From: Rhodomicrobium vannielii ATCC 17100
GTDB taxonomy: Bacteria > Pseudomonadota > Alphaproteobacteria > Rhizobiales > Rhodomicrobiaceae
Assembly (NCBI RefSeq): GCF_000166055.1
Contig: NC_014664.1
Span: forward strand, 807,927-831,926
Reading direction: 5' to 3'
DNA length: 24,000 nucleotides
Shown here: piece after piece, positions 17,403-24,000 of the stretch
Position numbering within the stretch: position 1 is the stretch's first letter
Layout: each line of letters begins with the position of its first letter
Notes under the pieces: generated by a model
What the model saw: the letters and a program-made list of their open reading frames with translations, nothing else
Database searches by the model: none
What the model was told of the DNA's origin: nothing
Position numbers and translations under genes: made by a program

Positions 17403-17936
17403 ATGAACAACGTGAAGCGTATCCGTGCGGTTGTCCTGATGGCTGCGATGTCTCTTGCCAGCCAGCAAGCGTTTGCCGAGTGCGGCATTGCCTCCACCTA
17501 CTCGGAGGGCTCGCGCACCGCGAACGGGGAAGCCTACAATCACATGGGCATTTCCGCAGCTCACAAGACCCTGCCGTTCGGCTCACGCGTCGTGGTCCGC
17601 AATCAGCGGACCGGACGCAGCATTACCGTGCGGATCAACGACCGTGGTCCATTCGTGGGCGGGCGCATCATCGACCTGTCCACCGGCGCGAAGAACGCGC
17701 TCGGCATGGACGGTCTGGCGCCGGTTTGCCTCGAAGTCGTGAGCTTTGGCAGTAGCCGCACCGTTAAAAGCGCGGAACTCCGCGAGCCTGTCGAAATGGT
17801 CCGGTCAAGCAATACCCGCACAGTGCGGGTTCGCAATAGTCGATCCGCCAAGGCGGGCGGCAAGGCGCGTTACGCGAAGTCTGGCAAGCGGTCGCGTCAT
17901 GCGGGCAGCGGACGGCGCAGGGTCGCCTCCCGCTAA
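17403..17936 (+). CDS. RlpA-like double-psi beta-barrel exported protein without SPOR domain
   Basis: Signal peptide VVLMAAMSLASQQAFAE, then CGIASTYSEGSRTANGEAYNHMGISAAHKTLPFGSRVVVRNQRTGRSITVRINDRGPFVGGRIIDLSTGAKNALGM (RlpA/DPBB motif). Very basic C-terminal tail. Confidence 0.9.
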   Translation: MNNVKRIRAVVLMAAMSLASQQAFAECGIASTYSEGSRTANGEAYNHMGISAAHKTLPFGSRVVVRNQRTGRSITVRINDRGPFVGGRIIDLSTGAKNALGMDGLAPVCLEVVSFGSSRTVKSAELREPVEMVRSSNTRTVRVRNSRSAKAGGKARYAKSGKRSRHAGSGRRRVASR

Positions 17937-18270
17937 GCAAGCCTCCGGTGAAAGCGGCAGCGCGACAGTTCCTCGGCGCGCCGCTTTCTCCGCATCCCTC
18001 GCGGCCAAAGCCGCTTGTCTGGCCGCCTCGTCGGCGCATCTCCGCAGTCGATGAGCGTGGGATTCACTCGATCCTCAAGCGCGACCTTTCCCGGCAGTCG
18101 AAGCGCCTCTCGGGCTCGCGCCGCGGTATTCGGAAAAGTTGAGAAGAATTCATTTTGGGAGTCGCGAAATCGCCGCCATTTCTTGGCAAGGATCGTGGCC
18201 AATCGATCAGGCACCCCCGGCTTCGATCTCGCTGCATTTCCAAGATCCATACCGTCCAGGAGCTCCTTTC

Positions 18271-18663
18271 ATGAACATGAAATTCGCCGCAGCCATCGCG
18301 GTTTTAGCTGCCTTTGTTTCCACGTCCGTCCTCGCGCAGCAGAAGGAAGCGCCCGCGAAGGAACCGGCGCAGAAGGAAGAGCCTGCGGCGCCGAAGGCGA
18401 CCAAGGCCGACATCCAGAAGGTCGTTGACGGCATCAAGGCCGACAAGGCCAAGACGACGCAGTTCTGTAAGCTTGTGAAGCTTCAGGACGACTTCACAGC
18501 CGCCGCCGAGAAGAAGGACGAGAAGAAGCTCGAAGCGCTCGACAAGGAGATGCAGGACGGCGCGAAGAAGCTCGGTGCGGACTTCGAAAAATACGTGATG
18601 GATTCCGAGATGGACGAAGATGCTTCGACCGTGCTCGACGGGCTCGCGAAATCCTGCAAATAA
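18271..18663 (+). CDS. Small exported Lys/Glu/Ala-rich protein of unknown function (130 aa)
   Basis: Upstream AGGAG, then MNMKFAAAIAVLAAFVSTSVLAQQKEAPAKEPAQKEE... Clear signal peptide. Single Cys in TTQFCKL and C-terminal KSCK. Confidence 0.8.
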   Translation: MNMKFAAAIAVLAAFVSTSVLAQQKEAPAKEPAQKEEPAAPKATKADIQKVVDGIKADKAKTTQFCKLVKLQDDFTAAAEKKDEKKLEALDKEMQDGAKKLGADFEKYVMDSEMDEDASTVLDGLAKSCK

Positions 18664-18825
18664 CGGTTCGACGCAAATCTTTGACGAAGATGGTCGGGTT
18701 TCCGGCCATTTTTTTTGCTCGCGCGAAGGCGTGGGATAAGCCAGCCACCGCTCGCCCAACCCGTAGGGCGTGCTTTGCGAATCGCGTACCTCGGAAGAGC
18801 TCATGCTCTTATTCCGGGGTTGTCG

Positions 18826-19665
18826 ATGCCATTGCTTCGCCGCGCGCAGGCGCTTTTGATCCTCCTCTTCGCGGCTCTTGCCCTCGGACAGTACGCGACA
18901 CCGGGGCAGGCGCAGGAAAGAGGCTGCGACGCGCAGCTTTATCGCGGTGGCTTCCCCGCCATCAAAAGCGAGCAACTCGCGCGGGAAACCTACGGCCTGT
19001 GCTTCTCCGAAATCGCGGTGCTTTATTCGGGCGTATCGCGGACGCCGCTCTGGGCGGCCGAGATGCTGACGCCCGCTCGTGTCGCCGCCGCCAAGACCCT
19101 CACGCGCGTCAGCTCGAACGCCTTCCACGACGAGACGATGCTCCCGTCGGAGGTTCGAGCCGAGCTTGCGGACTACAAGCGCAGCGGCTTCGACCGGGGC
19201 CATATGGCGCCCAACGGCGATATGTCGACGCGGAAGGCGCAGGAGGAGTCGTTCTCGCTGGCGAACATGATCCCGCAGCACCCCTGTAACAACGAGGTGC
19301 TATGGGAGGGCATCGAGTCTGCCGTGCGGGATATCGCGGAGAGCGAGACGGTGTATGTCGTCACTGGCCCGGCCTTCCTCGGCTCGGAACTCGAAAGCCT
19401 GAAGGGCCGCGTGCTGGTGCCGACGCATGTCTTCAAGGCGATCTATGTGCCGTCGCGCAACGCGGCAGCCGCGTTTTTCGCGCCGAACGACGATAGTCAG
19501 GCCTGGGAAACGCTGTCCATCGACGAGCTTGAAGCGAAGGTTGGTGTCGACGTTTTCCCGCAACTTGACGGCGCGGTGCGCCGGCGTGCTATGATCCTGC
19601 CAAGGCCAACGCCGCACTACGGATGCCGGCTCCAGACCTCCGAGGCCGCCGGCCGGAGACGATGA
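18826..19665 (+). CDS. Exported DNA/RNA non-specific endonuclease (NUC family)
   Basis: Signal-like N-terminus LLILLFAALALGQYATPGQAQ; YKRSGFDRGHMAPNGDM (DRGH active-site motif) followed by ESFSLANMIPQHPCNNEVLWEGIE (metal-binding Asn region). Confidence 0.93.
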   Translation: MPLLRRAQALLILLFAALALGQYATPGQAQERGCDAQLYRGGFPAIKSEQLARETYGLCFSEIAVLYSGVSRTPLWAAEMLTPARVAAAKTLTRVSSNAFHDETMLPSEVRAELADYKRSGFDRGHMAPNGDMSTRKAQEESFSLANMIPQHPCNNEVLWEGIESAVRDIAESETVYVVTGPAFLGSELESLKGRVLVPTHVFKAIYVPSRNAAAAFFAPNDDSQAWETLSIDELEAKVGVDVFPQLDGAVRRRAMILPRPTPHYGCRLQTSEAAGRRR

Positions 19666-19916
19666 TGAACTTTTCGCCTTTCAGGAACGAGACGGACGCG
19701 ATCACCCTCGGTGGGCTCACCATCGAGAACCGCGAGGACCGCGTTTCGGTGTATGGCACGCTGGCGATCACCCGCGACCGCGCCGGGCTTCAGGCCGCGA
19801 AGGTGCTGAAGGAGGCGGTGGACCGGATCGTCAAGGAGCTTGAGACGGGCGGCGACCTGCCCACGGTGGTTGCCTCCGCCGAACCGCCCGCGAAGGTGAA
19901 GAACCCCTTCGCGTAG
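19662..19916 (+). CDS. Small uncharacterised protein (84 aa), translationally coupled to the endonuclease gene
   Basis: MMNFSPFRNETDAITLGGLTIENREDRVSVYGTLAITRDRAGLQAAKVLKEAVDRIVKELETGGDLPTVVASAEPPAKVKNPFA. Start overlaps the upstream stop codon (ATGATGA). Confidence 0.78.
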   Translation: MMNFSPFRNETDAITLGGLTIENREDRVSVYGTLAITRDRAGLQAAKVLKEAVDRIVKELETGGDLPTVVASAEPPAKVKNPFA

Positions 19917-20133
19917 CGTCGATTGGACGACGCGCATCGGCTGGCGACGGGGCCGACATTACGGTGAGGGCTAGCCGTACCGCCTGTTCATTCCGCGAGG
20001 ATACCCTCGGAGCGCTGATCGCTTATTGGTGAAACGAACGTGCCTTACAGCATCGTAAATCAGACTCTGCACGACGCTTTAAGTTTCTTTATCAGCTTGT
20101 CCGCGTCTAATCGGTCCGATTTAACGCACTGAT

Positions 20134-21441
20134 CTAGCGCGAGAATGGATTGAGGAACGACAAGGGCGATTGCTCGGCCGTGCTGCTTTGCGCGTGTCCG
20201 CCTTGCAAGCGTCCGCCTTCCGCGAGACGTCGCTGGATGCGGTCGAATATGGCGGCGAATTTCTGCGCGCCTGGCTTCTGGATGTTGCGATCCATGATCT
20301 CGTCGAGCTTCGCCAGCAATTCCGCGCCGGTCCTCTCGTGCACGACGGGGTTCCGCTCGTAGCCGCCGCGCTCAAAGAAGTTCGAGGTCGGCATATCGCG
20401 ACCGGGTGGCACCAGCATTTCGAAGCCGCTGCCGGGCCCGGCGAGGTTCATGAGTTCGAGCTGCGCGCCGTTGAGCCTGCCGAGGCCCTTTTTCCGCGCA
20501 TATTCGACCACGCTGCGGAGCTTTACCACCTGCATCCACGGGCCGATGTCGCCGTCGAGGTTGAGCGCATGCATGGCGAGCCCCTTCGGCGTCTTGGCGT
20601 ATTCGACATGCGCGGCCCAGCCGTCCCGCACGCGTCGGGCGTCGGCGTTCATGCGGCGGACGAGCGCCGCCTTGTAAAGCAGCGACTGCGCCTTGTCGCG
20701 CGGCACGCCTGGCTCTTGCGCCAGCCGTTCGAGCCGCGAAGCGAACTCGTCGCCCTCCTTGCGGACTTGCTCGATGGAATTCGCCGCGAGAAGCTGCGCG
20801 TAGCCAAGCGCCGTCGAAGCGGCCCGACCGGTCCTCGGATTATAGCCGGATTGCAGATCGTGCGTGCCCATGCCGCCCGTTTCCAGCGCGTAGACGCGCA
20901 CCACCTGATCGCGGCTGAGGCCGAGCTTCACGGCTTCGAGCGCGTAGGCGATCATGAAGTCGTCTTCAGGCACGCGATCCGGGCGGAAGCCATAGGTCGC
21001 CTGCGCCTCGCGCAGAAAATCGGAGACGACCGGGATGGGCGTCGGCGCGTCCTTTACGGGTGGTTTCGGCGGCTTCGGCAGCATCGCCATAATGTCGGCT
21101 GGGCGCTTCGGGCCGTTATAAACGGGGGGCTGCTCGGCGACGTAATCGTCGAGCGTCAGGGGCAGGGAACGCGCGATCTTCGTCTTGCGCCGCTTGCGCT
21201 TCATCTCCACGCGCTTCCAGTAGGCATCCACCGACTTCGCATAGGCGATGCGCGCGGATTCGTAGGCGTGAAGGATCGCCTGCTGCTGCGGAGAAAGGCG
21301 CGCAATGGCCTCCTGAAGCGGCGTCTGAGCGTAAGATATTGCGGCGAATGGCAAACAGAGAGCCAGAGCGAGCACGCAAATGCATGCGCGGGAAAACCCT
21401 CGCAGACGCGAAAGAGTTAACCGTGAGAAAGGCTTAGACAT
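20134..21441 (-). CDS. Exported lytic-transglycosylase/lysozyme-like protein
   Basis: Signal peptide ACICVLALALCLPFAAISYAQ. Segment VVRVYALETGGMGTHDLQSGYNPRTGRAASTALGYAQLLAANSI resembles the goose-lysozyme/SLT-like catalytic core (E in ALETGG, ALGYAQLL). Start ATG at 21441. Confidence 0.7.
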   Translation of the reverse strand: MSKPFSRLTLSRLRGFSRACICVLALALCLPFAAISYAQTPLQEAIARLSPQQQAILHAYESARIAYAKSVDAYWKRVEMKRKRRKTKIARSLPLTLDDYVAEQPPVYNGPKRPADIMAMLPKPPKPPVKDAPTPIPVVSDFLREAQATYGFRPDRVPEDDFMIAYALEAVKLGLSRDQVVRVYALETGGMGTHDLQSGYNPRTGRAASTALGYAQLLAANSIEQVRKEGDEFASRLERLAQEPGVPRDKAQSLLYKAALVRRMNADARRVRDGWAAHVEYAKTPKGLAMHALNLDGDIGPWMQVVKLRSVVEYARKKGLGRLNGAQLELMNLAGPGSGFEMLVPPGRDMPTSNFFERGGYERNPVVHERTGAELLAKLDEIMDRNIQKPGAQKFAAIFDRIQRRLAEGGRLQGGHAQSSTAEQSPLSFLNPFSR

Positions 21442-21670
21442 CGGCCCCACTATACCCGAAACGGCGATCCGAGACATCTGAAAACACCCAGCACTCCTAT
21501 AAGCCACGAGCCCTGTCCCGCGCTGACCGAATTTGTGCGACGCCACATTTTGGACGTGTCCTTGATGCAACTCACTTGGCTGATGATTTCGTTTCCGTCG
21601 CGCATTGGCGCGGGTTCCGGAGACGGTGAAGCCGGTCAGCGAGACTGGCCAATGCCTTTGGAAGGCGCAT

Positions 21671-21745
21671 TAGTGGTCCTCGCGATTCCGACATTTGCTC
21701 GCGAGTGCGCCGTAAAACGATGCAAATGTCGGAATCGGACCACTA
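21671..21745. repeat. Palindromic element, 24/28-nt inverted arms with 23-nt centre
   Basis: Left arm TAGTGGTCC-tcgc-GATTCCGACATTTGC (21671-21698); right arm GCAAATGTCGGAATCGGACCACTA (21722-21745) is its exact reverse complement apart from the 4-nt insert tcgc. Confidence 0.8.
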
Positions 21746-21758
21746 GAGGGTAGCGATT

Positions 21759-23222
21759 TTGCCGCCGTTTTTTGCCATTCGTGCCGGAGTTACCGCGCGG
21801 GTTAGCGTCCTTGCCGCAGCCGCTGTGTGTCTTGGAGCCGCTGTCGCGCTTTCGGGCTGCGCCGGGCTCAGCATCCGCAATGCCCCGATCAACTCGGCGC
21901 TGACCGACAGCGCGGAAGCCGCCGAGACGGGCGATTTTGTCCAGTCCGCGAGCCCGGCCGGCACAGGCGACACCTCCGACACGGTGATCGGCCTCAGCTT
22001 CTCGGGCGGCGGCACACGTGCCAGCGCTTTCGCCTTCGGCGTGATTCAGGAACTCGCCCGGACGGAAGCGCGCTCGAAGGTCGGATCGCAGTCGCTCATC
22101 GATCAGGTTTCGCTCGTCTCGGGCGTGTCGGGCGGGTCCGTCACGGCGGCCTATTTCGCGCTCAAGGGGCGGGATACGCTCTCCGATTTCCGCAAGCGCT
22201 TTCTGGTGCAGGATGTCGAGGCTTCGCTTTCGACCTCCGTCAACCTGCCGAACCTGATGCTGCTTGCGAAGGGCGGTGTCAACGACCGGTCGGGTCTGCC
22301 GACGTGGCTCGAAAAGAATCTTTTCCGCGGCGCAACCTTCGGCGACGTGATGCGCCCCGGCCGCCCGCAGCTCTGGATCAACGCGTCCGACATCTATAAC
22401 CGCACGACCTTCATCTATAACCCGACGAACTTCGGCGCGCTCTGCTCGGACCTGCGCCGCTACCCGCTTTCCGAAGCCGTGGCTGCGTCGGCGGCGGTGC
22501 CGTTCGTGTTCGCGCCGATCGTGATCGAGAATTACGCCGACCGTTGCCGCTTCGACATGCCGGACTGGACCTATTCGGCAGATCGCGCGGGCGCTCCGGC
22601 GATCCTGCGCGCGTCGGCGGGGGCGCTGAAGCGCTACCGCGAGAAGACCGACGTGCAGTTCGTGAAGCTCCTCGACGGCGGCATGACGGACAATCTCGGC
22701 CTCTCGGGCTTCGTGCTCGAACTCGCGGCCGCGACGAAACCTTACGAGCCGTTGACGCCGAAGCAGGTGGTGAACCTCAAGCGCTTCCTGTTCGTGGTGG
22801 TCGATGCGGGCCGCCCGCCCGGAGGCGATCTCGCGAAAAGCGCCGAGTCGCCCGAGCTGATGGACCTCATTCAGGCCGTGTCCGATACGGCGGTCGACGC
22901 GAATGTGCGCGCGGCCTACGACGCCTTCGTCGCGCAAATGGAAAACTGGCGCGACCGCATGATCGAATATCGCTGCGGACTGACGCCGCCCGAGGTGGTC
23001 TCGTATCGTGGCACGACGGAAGGCTGGGATTGTCGCGACCTCACGCTGACCGTGTCGAAGGTGAGCTTCGACCAGATGCGCGAGGCGTCCGTGCGTGCGC
23101 GGCTCGAAAAGATCCCGACGCGCTTCAAGCTGCCGAAGGACGACGTCGATTTGCTCATCTCGTCGGCGGGGAGCCTGCTCCGGCAGAACCCCGGCTATCG
23201 CGAGTTCATGGCGACGTTTTAG
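21759..23222 (+). CDS. Patatin-like phospholipase lipoprotein
   Basis: Lipobox LSGC in AAAAVCLGAAVALSGCAG; GLSFSGGGTRASAFAFGVIQEL (oxyanion GGGxR), SLVSGVSGGSVTAAYF (GxSxG), KLLDGGMTDNLG (DGG catalytic Asp). Confidence 0.93.
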   Translation: MPPFFAIRAGVTARVSVLAAAAVCLGAAVALSGCAGLSIRNAPINSALTDSAEAAETGDFVQSASPAGTGDTSDTVIGLSFSGGGTRASAFAFGVIQELARTEARSKVGSQSLIDQVSLVSGVSGGSVTAAYFALKGRDTLSDFRKRFLVQDVEASLSTSVNLPNLMLLAKGGVNDRSGLPTWLEKNLFRGATFGDVMRPGRPQLWINASDIYNRTTFIYNPTNFGALCSDLRRYPLSEAVAASAAVPFVFAPIVIENYADRCRFDMPDWTYSADRAGAPAILRASAGALKRYREKTDVQFVKLLDGGMTDNLGLSGFVLELAAATKPYEPLTPKQVVNLKRFLFVVVDAGRPPGGDLAKSAESPELMDLIQAVSDTAVDANVRAAYDAFVAQMENWRDRMIEYRCGLTPPEVVSYRGTTEGWDCRDLTLTVSKVSFDQMREASVRARLEKIPTRFKLPKDDVDLLISSAGSLLRQNPGYREFMATF

Positions 23223-23318
23223 ATCGCAGAGATGCTGCGGGGTCGTGCCGCCCCGACGCCGAGCGCGCGGCGCAGTGCATCCGTCGTTCCTCCCCGGTTC
23301 GAGCGATCACGAGCGGGG

Positions 23319-23356
23319 GGGAAGGGCCCGGTGCGGGGTTTGGCCGTGCCCTTCCC
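23319..23356 (+). terminator. GC-rich stem-loop between convergent patatin and LUD genes
   Basis: GGGAAGGGC (23319-23327) and GCCCTTCCC (23348-23356) form a perfect 9-bp stem with a 20-nt loop. No U-tract. Confidence 0.4.
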
Positions 23357-23561
23357 GGAGGTATTTCGCCTCCAGTATCCCACCATCGCGATGTCTCATG
23401 ACAGGTGTGTGGCAGTGGCGCTACAAAGTGCGCTGCGGGCGGCCCTGGAGCGGCAGCTTGCCAAGGGACGTGAAATCGCGCGCGGAGAGTGTCGCCCGAT
23501 CCCGACGCCTTGATGAGCATGACCTTATCGCAACCGATGCCCCGCTTTTGCGGGTCACGCT

Positions 23562-24000
23562 CTACTCGCGCGCGGAGCCAACGATGAACACCACAAGGCT
23601 CTTCGGGCCGTGCGCGCCTTTGACGATGGTCTGCTCGATGTCGGCAGTGCGCGACGCGCCGCTGATGAGGTTCACCGTGCGCGGCATCACGCCCGCGCCG
23701 AGAACGCCCCGCAGCTTCGCCCAGCACTCCTCATACGACCCGAAGACGTCGCTGGCGTCGATCAGCACGAAATGATGCTCGGGCAGAAAGTTCAGCGTCG
23801 ACGGGTTGTCCGGCCCGGACGCGAGGAACAACGTGCCGGTTTCCGCCGCGCCCGCGAAGGCATGGCTGAGGCCCACGAGGTCGGTTGCCTCCGCCGCGCC
23901 GCCGAGGATTTCGAGCAGGCCCGGCTCGGCCTCGAACGTCCTGAAGAAGGGGTCGCCGCCAAGGCGCACGCGGCTCGGCAAATTGCGCTCGCGAAGCGCG
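23562..24000 (-). CDS. LutC/YkgG-type LUD-domain protein (partial, 5' end beyond the window)
   Basis: GLSHAFAGAAETGTLFLASGPDNPSTLNFLPEHHFVLIDASDVFGSYEECWAKL...RTVNLISGASRTADIEQTIVKGAHGPKSLVVFIV is the LUD/LutC pattern. The frame stays open upstream of the reported TTG (23981) to the edge (...ALRERNLPSRVRLGG). Confidence 0.9.
   Translation of the reverse strand, partial: ALRERNLPSRVRLGGDPFFRTFEAEPGLLEILGGAAEATDLVGLSHAFAGAAETGTLFLASGPDNPSTLNFLPEHHFVLIDASDVFGSYEECWAKLRGVLGAGVMPRTVNLISGASRTADIEQTIVKGAHGPKSLVVFIVGSARE

Noticed and set aside
18792-18816. Hairpin CGGAAGAGC-tcat-GCTCTTattCCG before the endonuclease start
   Set aside because: Only a 6-bp uninterrupted stem with a bulge; within chance expectation and no supporting context.
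20170-21420. 416-aa ORF on the plus strand
   Set aside because: Antisense to the signal-peptide-bearing transglycosylase-like gene. Shadow-frame composition.
21636-22937. 433-aa minus-strand ORF
   Set aside because: Antisense to the patatin gene and spans the palindromic element; Arg-rich with no motif.
23206-23727. 173-aa minus-strand ORF and overlapping plus-strand ORFs in the patatin-LUD gap
   Set aside because: Low-complexity, mutually overlapping frames that cross the LUD gene; judged non-coding.
1-24000. CRISPR arrays, prophage, transposons, toxin-antitoxin or defence systems
   Set aside because: No regularly spaced direct repeats, integrase/transposase, Cas or known defence domains were seen in any frame. 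The gene complement is mainly core metabolism and exported proteins.

Overview
24 kb of GC-rich alphaproteobacterial chromosome. The gene content and the bchJ homolog suggest a purple phototrophic member of Hyphomicrobiales (Rhizobiales). Most of the window is housekeeping: the 5' part of a kup K+ transporter (-), a large exported conserved-type protein (+), bchJ-hemN (+), a GFA-family protein (-), thpR (-), an alpha/beta hydrolase (-), and the block glyA-nrdR-ribD-ribE-ribBA(X)-ribH-nusB-thiL (all -, listed in transcription order). Further genes are a large multi-pass membrane protein (-), a minimal RlpA-like exported protein (+), a small exported Lys/Glu/Ala-rich protein (+), an exported DNA/RNA non-specific endonuclease coupled to an 84-aa ORF (+), an exported transglycosylase-like protein (-), a patatin-like lipoprotein (+) and a LutC/LUD-domain protein (-, partial at the right edge). 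No CRISPR array, prophage, transposase, rRNA/tRNA or recognisable defence island was seen. The best signal is the bchJ-hemN control region. It holds a perfect FNR/FixK-type box (TTGAT-N4-ATCAA), then a perfect 8-bp inverted repeat overlapping a TGT-N12-ACA (PpsR/CrtJ-type) site. bchJ and hemN are joined by an ATGA overlap. Other notable points are a RibBA-type protein whose GTP cyclohydrolase II half lacks the metal and catalytic cysteines, a 75-bp palindromic element in front of the patatin gene, an ATGA-coupled endonuclease/small-ORF pair, and a perfect hairpin between the convergent hemN and GFA genes.
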